63,788 nucleotides of DNA, filler included, from Octopus bimaculoides (GCF_001194135.2; 6 parts of 6 records of this genome joined end to end with filler, not necessarily neighbours in it), one strand, 5' to 3'; positions 12,046 to 25,826 are shown, counted from the first letter of the whole stretch. Numbers and translations: made by a program. The notes: generated by a model not told the origin, from the letters alone.

Positions 12046-12510
12046 ATTATCATTTATGCAATCTGTGTGTGGATCATTTTTGAGAATCGCTCACTTTATT
12101 GTTGCCTTCGCTGTTTTTGTTGTTATTATTATTATTATTATTGCATTCATGTTGCTGCTCGCATCGTTTCCTTTGCATGCGTAGTTGAACTTCAACTCTC
12201 ACCTTCTCCTTCGCCGATAACATATGTGTGTGTGTGTACGTGTGTATCTGCGTATGAATCGCTTTATAAAAACATGGCCGCCATAAATCGACTTTTACTC
12301 ATCATATCTCTTGTTTGTGTTTAAACAATGACTAACTCTGAAAAATCCATTTTTATTTATTTATTTTTTTATTCTTTAGCTGTTATCTTTGTTTTTTTTT
12401 TAATATTATCTTCGAGTTTGTTTTATTTTCCTTTCAGATTTTAGGGGGTATCCTATATTACATATATATAGTTTGAAGGAATCACGTGATTCGAACAAAA
12501 ATGGTATTTA
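12030..12510 (+). promoter_or_regulatory. Candidate promoter: two ATCACGTGAT E-boxes, TATAAA and a YY1-like site
   Basis: ATCACGTGAT at 12038-12047 and 12481-12490 (the latter inside the palindrome GAATCACGTGATTC 12479-12492); TATAAA 12265-12270; AACATGGCCGCCAT 12271-12284. Confidence 0.35.
12438..12503 (+). CDS. Candidate 5'UTR+ATG exon of the CaM-like gene
   Basis: CaM genes have an exon ending exactly at ATG. Here a strong acceptor (ttttattttcctttcag) precedes a 66-nt segment ending ACAAAAATG|gtattt. It is 31 kb from exon 2; weaker ATG|GT alternatives exist (for example near 40547 ATG|gtcagt). Confidence 0.3.
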
Positions 12511-12708
12511 TTTTTGCTAGCATTCCGCAATAAATTAATTTCAAAAGATATTGCTATTGCCAGGAACCAAGATTCTCATGATGAAAAATAATTCTTCTAC
12601 AGAAATCGCTGTGAACTCGATTTCTAAAATTCATACTCGCCATTACTTTTCATCTGTGGTCTTGTGTTTTATTTCTAGAAAATATTGGTTATTACTAAAT
12701 CAAAAAGC

Positions 12709-13078
12709 CCAGCGAGCTGGCAGTCTTTAGTTCGCCGGACAAAATGCTTAGCGGCATTTCGTCCGTCTTTACGTTCTGAGTTCAAAATCCGTCAAGGTCG
12801 GCTTTGCCTTTTATTGTTTCGAAGTCGATGAAATAAGTACCACCTGTACACTGGGGGTCGATGTAATCAACTCCCCCCTCCCCCATGATTTCAGGTCATA
12901 TATCCAAAAGAGAAAGGATTATTGCTAAATCAATTTCCGCTGTTGTCGAAATTATTTTTCATCATCTTGGGGGTCGATAAAATAAGTATCAGTCATGTAC
13001 TGGGGTCGATATAATCGACTACCCCATTCCCCGCAAAATTTTAAGCCATGTGTCTACAGTAGAAAGAATTATTATTAT
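12709..13078 (+). mobile_element. SINE family B (tail type 1) plus an adjacent 3' fragment (12965-13078)
   Basis: GCGAGCTGGCAG head, GAGTTCAAA B box, GTCGA-N5-TCGAC, tail ..AGAAAGGATT(ATT)n. Confidence 0.82.
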
Positions 13079-13724
13079 NNNNNNNNNNNNNNNNNNNNNN
13101 NNNNNNNNNNNNNNNNNNNNNNNNNNNNNNNNNNNNNNNNNNNNNNNNNNNNNNNNNNNNNNNNNNNNNNNNNNNNNNNNNNNNNNNNNNNNNNNNNNNN
13201 NNNNNNNNNNNNNNNNNNNNNNNNNNNNNNNATAACAAAACAATAATTAATAAAAACCCTTTATAATCTCTTCCTATACTTCTAGGTTACCTAAACCCTA
13301 ACCACCCGTCAAACAAAACCAAACAGCTCCCACCCAGCCATTCACCCCTTTTCTATTTATGTAATCATCTTGCTGTAATAATACATCTCTGCAACCCTAT
13401 CGCCCCCCCCCCACACACACACACACTAGTTCCTCCTCATCTTTCTTCCAACATTTATTTTATTTCATTTATTTATTATTCCTGTTTTTTTTTTTTGTTT
13501 TTTTTTCAATGGTCTACCCAAGAATCTGATTGCCACCTCGATCAGCCAAACTCGGGTTTCCATTTTCTTGCATTACGTAATCTCAGAAGAACTGACGAAG
13601 ACGAGGAAAGAATGCGAAAAAATAAAATAGATAAAAAAAAAATTAATAAAATTAAAATAAAATAAACATTTTCAAGACATTAAATTTAAGTCCTTGATTA
13701 AATTGAGTATGTTGTGTAACTTAC

Positions 13725-13990
13725 AAATTATTATTATTATTATCATTATTGTTGTTGTTGCTGTTTTTCTTATTACCTTTATCATTATTAACTTTATCAT
13801 CATTATTAGTATTATCATAATTATTATCGTAATTATCATGATCAACGCTATTATTATTATTATTATCATTATTATTATTATTATTATCATCGTCGTCATT
13901 GTCATTTTAATGTCTGCTACTCGTCGCCCTTGTGGCAATAAAATAAGTCATCATCATCATCATCATCATTATTATCATTATTATATTATT
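13725..13990. repeat. Compound (ATT/ATC)n microsatellite
   Basis: Directly visible. Confidence 0.9.
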
Positions 13991-14274
13991 ATTTTCGTCG
14001 GCGGCGTTTGTTTTTGTTATGGTAGTTAATAGTCGTTGTCGTCGTGGTGGCTGTTGTTGTTAATATTATCTTTTTCTGATGTTATTGCTATTTAATCTAA
14101 AAATTTCATTCGATATTTCAAATAGAGAGGGAGAGGGGGGCACCCTTCCTTCCATTTTCATATCACCCGAAAACCTGTTTCTATTGTATAATCATCTTTC
14201 ACTACACTTTATTAAATACCCTACATTGCCCGCCCGCCAATCCCTGCCACCATCTATCTCTCCATGACTTTCTC

Positions 14275-14368
<94 letters not shown>

Positions 14369-15042
14369 GTCTTTACTTTACACTCTTCTATGTATACATT
14401 TTTTCCTTTACTTTTCGGAATTAAATTCATTTCATTTTATCTTTAAAACCTTTTCACCAAAACTAAACAAAACATGATTAAAAAATAAAAAGCATGAAAA
14501 TAAAACGAATAAGTGAAATGACTTTAGATTGTTTGGTCTTTTTTCTTTCTTCCTTTCCTTCTGTCTTTCTTTCATTTTCTTTGTCATTGGCTGACTTCCT
14601 TCTTTAGTTTCATTCATTCTGCTCTATAGTCTCCTTTGCGTTTACTGTTCATTTTTTTCTTCATTTTTGGATCTTTATTTCTTCCTTCCTACCTTCCGTT
14701 CTTCCTTTCTGTGTGTATTTATTTATTTCCTTCCTTCGTTTGTAACTTATTCTTTTTTTTTTCTCGTTCTCTCTTCTTTCTCTACTTATTCGTTTTTCCC
14801 AATTATTATTAAAATTGACATTCAGCGATATACAGTGTTTGTGAGAAATATTTAGTGAATTAGACGGGTGGCGGTGATAATAATTTTTGGGTGGTATGAA
14901 CATTATTACGATATATATATATATACACATATATATATATATATATATACATACACATACACACATACATGTGTGTATAATATATATAGATATACATACA
15001 CATATGCTTATATGTATATATGGGTGTGTGTTTATATATATG

Positions 15043-15077
<35 letters not shown>

Positions 15078-15447
15078 GCAAGCAGACGTATACATATGTG
15101 ACAAAACAATAGGCAGGAAGATCATTGTTTGCAATGAGATTTATGAATTTAGAGGGGAGGGGGGAAAATTCCTCCCTTTAAAGATCCTCATTCTCTGTGA
15201 TTCTTTGGCACTCCTCTCATTTTCTCCTCTCCCACTCTCTCCCTCTCTCCCCTTCTTTCCTCTCATGTCACTCTTTATTTTTCCCTTTTCTTAGCATTAT
15301 CTCACTTACTCACTCCATGTCTCTCTTTTATTACTCTTTTTGTTATCCTTCTTTCAAATTGTGAACACTTGTAATATCAATGTAAATGTCACGCTGACCT
15401 TGTTAGACTGACTACTTTAACTCTTTCTTCTCTTCGTCTTTGAATGC

Positions 15448-15482
<35 letters not shown>

Positions 15483-16237
15483 GCTCACACACACATATGT
15501 GTATGTGTACATACATATACATACATTTATATGAATCCAGTTGCTCGATTTTTTTTTTCGTTTGTATCGGCAAGAATAGTCATCAGGAAAACAAGACAAA
15601 CTATAACAACAACAATAATAATAATAAAATGAAAAGTCAGAGGAAAACAAAAGTGAAAGTAGATTTGCGGTGATCATTTTAATTCAGATGTTTAAACCAA
15701 AGCATTTTTGAACAATTCTTTTTCTTTTTCACCGCAACCTCCTCCCCTCCCTTCTGCTCCTGCTGTTCCTCCTCCTCCTCCGTCTTCTTCGTTCCATTCA
15801 CTAATCTTAAATATTGTCTCTTTTCAATCCAAATCTGTAGTTTTGACTTTCAAGTTCAACGAGTTCTTCTTTTTATTTTTAAAATGCCACCTTTGTGGTT
15901 CTCTTTCTCTCTCTCTCTCCTCCCTCTCTCTCTCTCCCTCCNNNNNNNNNNNNNNNNNNNNNNNNNNNNNNNNNNNNNNNNNNNNNNNNNNNNNNNNNNN
16001 NNNNNNNNNNNNNNNNNNNNNNNNNNNNNNNNNNNNNNNNNNNNNNNNNNNNNNNNNNNNNNNNNNNNNNNNNNNNNNNNNNNNNNNNNNNNNNNNNNNN
16101 NNNNNNNNNNNNNNNNNNNNNNNNNNNNNNNNNNNNNNNNNNNNNNNNNNNNNNNNNNNNNNNNNNNNNNNNNNNNNNNNNNNNNNNNNNNNNNNNNNNN
16201 NNNNNNNNNNNNNNNNNNNNNNNNNNNNNNNNNNNNN

Positions 16238-16295
<58 letters not shown>

Positions 16296-16339
16296 GCAGT
16301 CCTTGTATTGGTAGAATGATTAACGTGCTGTACATAATA

Positions 16340-16930
16340 TGCCTTCCAGTATTTGTTCAATATCTGGTTCTCTATGTTCGGGGTTCAAATCGCACCAAGA
16401 ACAATTTTGCTTCCCATCATTTCCAGGTCGATAAAATAAATTGCTAGCCAAGTACATATCTACAATACTGCTCTCGGGGAGCATTAATCTGCCAGTTTGA
16501 TATTTCCAACACTCCACCTCTTTTAAATAATAATAATAATAACAACAATAAGAATCCTTTCTTCAATAGACACGAAGCCTGAAATTTGGGGGAAGAGCTA
16601 AATCCATTAATTCGGCCCAAGTGGTCAACTGGTACTTATTTTATCGACTTCGAAAAGATGAAAAGAGAAGTCGGCTTCGGCGGAATTTGAACTCGGAACA
16701 TAAAGACGGACGAATTGCCACGAAGCATTTTACTCGTCGTGCTAACGATTTTGCCAGCTCGTCGCCTTAATAATAATAATAATAATGATGATGATGATGA
16801 TAATAATAATATAGGTACAAAGCCTGATATTTGGATAGGTGTGTAGCTGATTGAGTCGGACACTTATAGACACTGAAAAGATGGAAAACAACATTAGTCT
16901 TGGTAGAATTTGAACCCAGTTGTATAGACT
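16340..16930. mobile_element. SINE family B cluster: degenerate + copy (16340-16445), near-complete - copy (16549-16766), - fragment (16810-16930)
   Basis: Homology to the other family B copies in the window. Confidence 0.8.
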
Positions 16931-17586
16931 CTGAGAATAAACCATATGTTTTTTTTTTCCGACTTTCTAACGTTTCTACCAAACTAAATAACAAGTAAAT
17001 GGTGATGATTATATAAAACATGAAATATTGATTTATGTATCTGAATCTAGACGATACACTGTTATTCAATATTCAGTTATACTTATTGTCATTCTTCTTT
17101 ACCGACTGACCTTCGCATATTGCAGTGCTTGCTTACGCATGCAACGAAATCCTCCCCCTCCCCTCTCTCTCTCTCGTGCGCGAAATTTCCTTTCTTTTTC
17201 TCTCTCTCTCTATCTTTCTCTTTCTCTCTCAATTTTCGTCCAGGCACACCCTAACCAACCCCGCCGGTTTCTATCCTTTCGTCGTCTCAACCTCAATTTG
17301 TCAAATTCAGTCATTCTTAAACAAACACACAGTGTATGTGTATATTTATACGATACATAATATATATATCTATATATCTATACACATACATTATATATAC
17401 ACACACACACACACACACACATACAGTGTATATGTGTACACATATATATGCGTACGTTTTCATACCTGTACACACACTCGTATTTATATACATATACACA
17501 ATCATAGATATATATCGTGTATTTACATAAATAAGCATGTGTGCTTGCATGCCTATACATAGACGTGTACACACACACACACACAC

Positions 17587-17643
<57 letters not shown>

Positions 17644-18402
17644 CACGTTGTGTACTTGTGATTACATACACAGAGATGTGTGTTTATATGTAGGGAAATG
17701 TGTGCATGTTTATGAGCATGTGCATAAATACCCGTGCACAGTCGCATATGCACACATGTAAATGCTACTCAATCCATGTNNNNNNNNNNNNNNNNNNNNN
17801 NNNNNNNNNNNNNNNNNNNNNNNNNNNNNNNNNNNNNNNNNNNNNNNNNNNNNNNNNNNNNNNNNNNNNNNNNNNNNNNNNNNNNNNNNNNNNNNNNNNN
17901 NNNNNNNNNNNNNNNNNNNNNNNNNNNNNNNNNNNNNNNNNNNNNNNNNNNNNNNNNNNNNNNNNNNNNNNNNNNNNNNNNNNNNNNNNNNNNNNNNNNN
18001 NNNNNNNNNNNNNNNNNNNNNNNNNNNNNNNNNNNNNNNNCCTTTCAGTCATAGAGATATAACACAGAATATCTATCTGTCTGTCTGTCTGTCTGTCTCT
18101 ATCTTTTCCGAGCTTCCCGTTCTTCCCATACTCCACATATCTCTGTACACGAAGAATCATTATCCGAAAGGAACAGTAAGAATTCATCTAATATCAGAAG
18201 AAAGAAAGAAAGAATAACTTCAAGATTAAAATTCACTTTCTTGTAATTTTTCGAATTTTGCAAGCTTAAGCAAATTACGAATTTTTGAGGCGAAAAAAAA
18301 AAGATAGTAAATGAAAATTTCTTTCTTGCTATAATAATAATAACAACGATAATATTTATTATTGTTATTATTACTACTATTATTAATAGTATTATTATAA
18401 AC

Positions 18403-18627
18403 GCGGCGAGCTGGCAGAATCGTTAGTACGCCGTGAAAATGCTTATCGGCATTTCGTCCGTCTTTGCGTTCTGAGTTCAAATTCCACCGAGGTCGAATTT
18501 GCCTTTCATGCTTTCGGGATCGATAACTTAAGTACCAGTGAAATACTAGGGTCGATGTAATTGACTAGTCCCCTCCCTAAAAACTTCAGACCTTGTGCCT
18601 ATAATAGAAAGGATTATTATTATTATT
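18403..18627 (+). mobile_element. SINE family B (tail type 1)
   Basis: GCGGCGAGCTGGCAGAATCGTTAG...GAGTTCAAATTCC...CCTTGTGCCTATAATAGAAAGGATTATT. Confidence 0.9.
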
Positions 18628-21223
18628 TATACGATCACCTCCGATCAACTGGTAAATGAACCCGAAACTAGGTTGAAATCGTGATCGTTTTGCTGTCGTA
18701 GTTGTATGTTTTCCCTGCTTATGTAAACGACCCTTTTCGACCGCCCTACTTTATCATGGATGAATGAAAGTTAGAACATCAATACACATATTATAGAATT
18801 AATTCATACGCTCTATTGTGAATTACATAACATATTTCGACTACTAAACGGCATTATTTTTTATTTCGTGTCTATCGTTGCTTTGACTTCAGGGCAGAGC
18901 CGTCATTTAAGTGCCCATAATATTCAGATAGTGATGGTGCTGGGTGCTGCTTAAGTCTTTTAAGGGGATTGTGTACTTAAAAAAATAATAAAATAAAATA
19001 AAATAAATATGGTCGTTTGCGGAGTAGGAGAGTGGGGTGTTATTAATGTGCTTCAGTTTTCTAAATGTAAAGCGATATTTGTGTGTAAGATTTCTCTGAC
19101 ATTTTTTAGCTCTGATTTTTCTTGCTGCGATTTGAAATTGAACTGATATATCTATCCCCTTCCCTCTCATTCTTCTGTCTCTTCCCATATATATATATAT
19201 ATATATGATGGTTATGTTTTGGTGTATCACTGATTTGGCAACTTACATTATCATACGTATCCTCTTCCACTTCAATATTTTTCTAAGGAGAAGAGGAGGA
19301 AGAAAAACGATAAAGGCAAAAAAAAAAAAATTAATAACAAATGAAAAGTGTTTGACTCTTACCTACTTAATGTTGGCAACAAAAATTTTGCCCCAAAGGG
19401 ATTTGTCGACAAAACACCTAATATGCTTAGTTGCAGATAAATAATGATATATATAAAAACATGATATAATACAAGGTGTATGTGTGTGTGTGTATATATG
19501 TATAGATATATGCTCGTGTAAAGCTGACGATTAAATCCATATAGCTACTCAAATTTTACGAGTATGCTACCGCTTAGGGGATCTCCAGTGGTTTCACTCT
19601 CTGCCAGATTGCCTGAAAGATCGCTTGTATAGAAACTCTTTGAGCTCGTTTTGGAAGAGTTCATTTCAAACATTGCTTCCTTATAAATTTTCTAAGCGTA
19701 TTGAGTATCCTTTTCCTTTGTTTGTATTTTTAAACATAAACGTATGCAAATATGTAATTCCCCCCACTTTCTTTAACGGTGTTTCACTTTTCTCTAATTT
19801 TCTTTTGAAAAAGAACCTACGTCAGAAACGTCAGTTAGTCTTTTTTTTCAAGTCTTAAAATAATATCTCACAGTCGTACTTTCTGAGAGTGCTCAACCCT
19901 TGTAGAGTATATTCATTTATATAAAGGCGAAGGTTCAGACCATAGCTACTCAGGCTTTCGTTCATTGCGATCTTTCAGGCAACAGCAAATAGTGTGGCTT
20001 GGATCATAATGCGTTAAATAGAACGATTCTACTTGATGCCTTATGATTCGCGCTTAGCGAGAAACTTAGGATAGCGTTACCGTGCCATTAACTTCAAACA
20101 ATTTATATAGTACACATAATGCTTTTTACGTGTTCGTTTCTATGTGTGTGCATGTATATATGTGTATACATATGCATCCACTTCTATTCAATTTATGCTT
20201 AGAATGTGTTGTTACGAAAATCTTTTCTGTTATTCTGTTTTCCTTTATCATTATTATCATTATTATTATTATTATTACAATATATTCTCTGTTTCGCTTC
20301 TCAGTTGGAAATGTTTCGCTTTCAAGGATAGTGTCCTCGTGAAAGACATTAAATTCTTGCCACAAAGTCCTACTGTTTAATTCCATACATACATATATAT
20401 TACATCACACACACACACTATATATATATATACTGATTTACAAATGGTCGTAAAGCAGTATTTCTTAAAGAAAGACACAAAAATATCCACTCAACCTCTC
20501 TTATCACTTTTACGTTTTCTCATTCTCTCATAAATCTCGGTGTTCATTCTTCTGTAAGAGAACACACTGAAACCAAGCTAGATATTTAAGAGTATTTTGT
20601 TTGTTGTTCAATGCGTGAAGGTTTTTACATTAACCCACGATGATAGCAGTTGGAGTCATAAAAAACCAAAAATTTTCTTTCATATTTCCGTAGTCGATAA
20701 AATACCAATTATAAAAGCGTTGTTCCCTCGCGACTGAGCAAAAATCTCCACCTGGTGATGGTGGTTATTTCCTGTGTATGATGAATTTAATATGCAATAG
20801 GCTTTTACACATTGTCTGTCTGTCTACTCTCTCTCTCTCTCTCTCCCTCTTTCTCACTCACAAGCATACGCAGCTATAAATGAGAATCAGTCCGGATCTA
20901 CATTAGCTGCTCAAGACGACTGGTAGTTGAATCTCTGAGGAGATTTAACATTCCCAGATTGACCCGGCGTTTTATCATCATTGACAGCTCAGAGGAATGA
21001 ACCAATCAATGGACTGAGCTCTGAAGCTGAATAGTTTCTCAGAGTGTTATGGCGCTTTCTTATTACTATTGACAGCTTGGTGAATTGAGCGGTATGTAGT
21101 GGTCTGAGACTGGACAGTCTCACAATGAAACGGTTGTATCTATTTTCAATGACAGCTAGTTGCACAGTGGTCAGAAACTGTACATTTTCAGTATTATGCT
21201 GATCTAGTCTCTATTCTCGTGGT

Positions 21224-21485
21224 GGATGCGCAATGGCCCAGTGGTTATGGCAGCGGACTCGAGGTCATAGGATCGCGGTTTCGATTCCCAGACCGGGCGT
21301 TGTGAGTGTTTATTGAGCGAAAACACCTAAAGCTCCACAAGGCTCCGGCAGGGGATGGTGGTGAACCCTGCTGTACTCTTTCGCCACAAATTTCTCTCAC
21401 TCTTACTCCGTTTCTGTTGTGCCTGTATTTCAAAGGGCCAGCCTTGTCACACTGTGTCACGCTGAATCTCCCCGAGAACTACTTT
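21224..21485 (+). mobile_element. tRNA-derived SINE family C
   Basis: A box TGGCCCAGTGG, B box GGTTTCGATTCC, then a body unrelated to families A and B; no complete tRNA acceptor stem. Confidence 0.7.
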
Positions 21486-22357
21486 AGTCCGTCTTCTCAA
21501 AGAAAGATGTGTGTGTGTGTGCACGCTGTTGTTCACTCGTGTACATAACGAGAAATTCAGTAATAAAGACAGGCTCCAAATTGATACATAAGCATTATAC
21601 ATAAGTATAAAAACATATGGAGATAAGCGAATCAAATATATTTATTTTATTCTCTCTTAAGCGAGGAAAAAAAGTGGAACTTACATTATATTTATGATCA
21701 CATTCAGTCAAGTAATTTTCCCCCCACTTCCTCCATACATTACCATTGTGTGAAGATTTTGAATTCTATTTTGTTTCGGTAGAGTGTTTATCAGCCCTGA
21801 GTACAACCAGCACAACGGAACGGAACTGTCGTTCCTTAGAGTTTTATATACAAACGTGTGTGGTGTGATGCGATCTGTGTTTGTCACTGTTTTAGTGTTA
21901 TGAAATTGAATGAATGTTCTTGTTTATTTTATATATTTGCTGGCAATGGTTGTCAGTTTATATATATAAATATATATATATAATCTTCTAATCGTATCTC
22001 CTGAATTTGAAGTTACTGGGTGTTTAGAGACTGTTTTCCCACAGGGTAAACAAAAGAGTTGTATGTGTGTATATGTATACACACACACACACACACATAT
22101 ATATATGTATACAAACATACATATATATANNNNNNNNNNGTGTGTGTGTGTGTGTGTCTACACTTGTGCGCACATAGGAAGCCACCATGACATCCCAAAA
22201 CTCGAGAGTGAATCACCACAACGGTCCTTTGAACATGAAGCCACTGTTCTACTTTTACACTTCGCATTGGTTTAGTTATAATTCATCTCTTACTAAATAG
22301 TTACTGCGGTAAAACAATGTGCATAACGTGTGTGTGTGTGTGTGTGCTCGCGTGTAT

Positions 22358-22388
<31 letters not shown>

Positions 22389-23023
22389 TATGCACATTAA
22401 GGCAAAAGTAATGTTTTGTTGTTTTTACTGTATTCTCGTTAACTCGTTACTGTGAGACATTTTCGACAAATGTACACAAATGCGTGTTTATAGTAACAGG
22501 TGTTTGCTTACATTTTCCCAAATCTGTGTTAACCACGGAAAGAAAGCCACGAGTACTGCGCACTGTGTTGTATGTATGTATGTATGTAAAGTTAAAACTT
22601 ACTTGCAAAGATGACGCGTGCGTTCGATCATGTAATAATACAAATAATATGTGAGTATATGCATATATACGTACATGTATGCACATACCTACATCTACAT
22701 GTATATACAGATGCATATCTGGGTACAGGACGTCGCGAAAAAAGGTGGACAAAATGATAAACAGAGTACAGAAAACACACAGAGAACATTTCCTTCATCA
22801 GCTGCCACTATTCTAAAACTAAGCGTTTCGAAGAGTTTGTATGTATGTATACATTGTTTTTATGCTGTTATAATTTCTCCCTTCCCCCCTTTTTTGGTTG
22901 AGAAATTCTTCATAAAAATGTTTAAAATTTCCAAAGATTTGAACTTGCATATCACAATCAAAAAGATCGTGTTCGATTCTATAAAGCTTATGTCAGAAGA
23001 AACATCATCACTATTATTTTTAA

Positions 23024-23242
23024 GGCGGCGAGCTGGCAGAATCGTTAGCACGCCGGGCGAAATGCTTAGTGGTATTTCGTCTGCCGTTACGTTCTGAGTT
23101 CAAATTCCGCCGAGGTTGACTGTGCCCTTTCATCTTTTCGGGGTCGATAAAATAAGTACCAGTGAAACACTGGTGTCGATGTGATCGACTAATCCCTTCC
23201 CCTAAAATCTCAGGCCTTGTGCCTAAAGTAGAAAGATTATTT
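23024..23242 (+). mobile_element. SINE family B (tail type 1)
   Basis: GGCGGCGAGCTGGCAGAATCGTTAGCACGCCGGGCG head and full body. Confidence 0.92.
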
Positions 23243-24195
23243 GTATTATTAATCCAATTTTTGTATTTCAATTATTTATGCGCAGATATTTTTGTAACTG
23301 TTATTTTGAGAGTACGAGGCTATGGTGATGATGATGATGATGATGATGATAGCGGTGGTGGGTGGGTGGTGCACATGACATTTGTTGACCAAAAAGAACA
23401 GGCAGTTTATTTGGAGCGTAGGGTTTGGGGCTGGTTTGATTGGCAGGCAGACTTAAGACTAGTTATTTTGGACGTCGACGGTGGAGAGAAGTTGGGGCAA
23501 CACACACACAGACAAATATATATATATATATATATNNNNNNNNNNNNNNNNNNNNNNNNNNNNNNNNNNNNNNNNNNNNNNNNNNNNNNNNNNNNNNNNN
23601 NNNNNNNNNNNNNNNNNNNNNNNNNNNNNNNNNNNNNNNNNNNNNNNNNNNNNNNNNNNNNNNNNNNNNNNNNNNNNNNNNNNNNNNNNNNNNNNNNNNN
23701 NNNNNNNNNNNNNNNNNNNNNNNNNNNNNNNNNNNNNNNNNNNNNNNNNNNNNNNNNNNNNNNNNNNNNNNNNNNNNNNNNNNNNNNNNNNNNNNNNNNN
23801 NNNNNNNNNNNNNNNNNNNNNNNNNNNNNNNNNNNNNNNNNNNNNNNNNNNNNNNNNNNNNNNNNNNNNNNNNNNNNNNNNNNNNNNNNNNNNNNNNNNN
23901 NNNNNNNNNNNNNNNNNNNNNNNNNNNNNNNNNNNNNNNNNNNNNNNNNNNNNNNNNNNNNNNNNNNNNNNNNNNNNNNNNNNNNNNNNNNNNNNNNNNN
24001 NNNNNNNNNNNNNNNNNNNNNNNNNNNNNNNNNNNNNNNNNNNNNNNNNNNNNNNNNNNNNNNNNNNNNNNNNNNNNNNNNNNNNNNNNNNNNNNNNNNN
24101 NNNNNNNNNNNNNNNNNNNNNNNNNNNNNNNNNNNNNNNNNNNNNNNNNNNNNNNNNNNNNNNNNNNNNNNNNNNNNNNNNNNNNNNNNNNNNNN

Positions 24196-24256
<61 letters not shown>

Positions 24257-24789
24257 ATATATATTGTATTCATTGCTGATTTTCATTGTCTGTGCCTTAC
24301 CCTCCTCACTCGCGAACGTACACTCGTCCACTTTGCGCATACATTCATACATACATTGGTGTCCACTTAACCTTAAGCGTCGCTTTCTGTCCTTATACCC
24401 AATGCCCTTCACGATAAATAGGTCAATTTCCTCTGGCTTTCTTCACTCTATCTATCTATCTATCATGTACATTTTCTTTTCTCTATCCCAAGGGCTGTAA
24501 TTAATGCTCCTTCCTCATTCCCCTTCATCCTCGTCGTCCTTTGTTTTCTTCACACCCCGAGCACTTAACCTCACACACACACACTCTCCATTTCAAACAC
24601 CAAAAACCTTTTACTCAACAACCTTCTTTTTTNNNNNNNNNNNNNNNNNNNNNNNNNNNNNNNNNNNNNNNNNNNNTTAATTAATTAANNNNNNNNNNNN
24701 NNNNNNNNNNNNNNNNNNNNNNNNNNNNNNNNTGTCGGTTCGGCCAAAAAGACTGATAGAATAGGTATCAGGCTTTAAAAAAAAAATAA

Positions 24790-24951
24790 GGCGCAGGAAT
24801 GGCCGTGTGGTAAGAAGCTTGCTTACCAATCACATGGTTCCGGGTTCAGTCTCACTGCGTTGCACCTTGGGAAAGTGTCTCCTACTATGGCGTCGGTCCG
24901 ACCAAAGCCTTTTGAGTGGATTTGGTGGATGAAAACTGAAAGAAGCCCGTC

Positions 24952-24997
<46 letters not shown>

Positions 24998-25200
24998 GTA
25001 TGTGTTTGTGTGTCTGTGTTTGTTCCTCCACCATCGCTTGACACCGATGGTGGTATGTTGACGTCCCTGTAACTTTGTGATTCGGCAAAGCAACCGATAA
25101 AATAAGTACTAGGCTTACAAAGAATAAGTCCTGGAGTCGATTTTTTCGACTAAAGGCGGTGCTCCAGCATGGCCGCAGTCAAATGACTGAAACAAGTAAG
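24790..25200 (+). mobile_element. SINE family A, full length, nested in an older family A copy (24733-24789 + 25201-25294)
   Basis: The host's 3' half is split at its A-rich AGGCTT(A)nTAAG|TCCTGGGG segment by a complete copy. Confidence 0.88.
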
Positions 25201-25766
25201 AAAAAAATCCCTGGGGTTTGATTCAGTCGACTAAAGATTCTTCGTTGTTGTGCTCCAGTCTGGCCGCAGTTTAATGACTGAAGCAAGCAAAAGAAATTGG
25301 ATATCTAGGATATTTTTTTATGGAATACTTTTATTACAGTGGAATGGGATTTGAGGGAGAAATCGCTGCTATTACTAGCAAGCAAGGTGGTCGTACAACG
25401 GCTTCAGGATTGGCTTCTCTTAAATGTATGTTGTCGCCGATTTTTTTAGGCCAAGGATTGAGCAGGTTTCTAATGGGAGATATCCTATCGTTATCTATTA
25501 GTGATACAAAACCATTTGGCTGCTATTTCTAGTATTTCGACCAACCAAGTAATGGCATCCTTATTGGTGAGTCAAAGATATATAAAACGTACGCGGGTAT
25601 AAAAACTAATGGAGAAATTGCGCATCTATTAATTCCGGGTGTCCGCGAGAGACTTTCTTGATAAAACTCGCTGATAATCTGTAATGATGTCAGCATTGAT
25701 AAAAATGCAGGAAAAGAAGGAAGGCTGCGAGGCAATGGTTTGATCTTTTATCGGTTATTCGACTGC

Positions 25767-25826
<60 letters not shown>

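Noticed and set aside
17178-17185. E2F-like GCGCGAAA in a CT-rich, promoter-looking segment
   Set aside because: Single site with no supporting exon or motif cluster.
21224-21300. tRNA-like sequence, also at the heads of SINE families A and B
   Set aside because: A and B boxes run straight into SINE bodies without a complete cloverleaf; not tRNA genes.
22181-22300. Perfect GCCACCATG Kozak followed by a 37-aa ORF
   Set aside because: A single 9-mer is plausible by chance in both strands of about 50 kb; no homology or promoter support.
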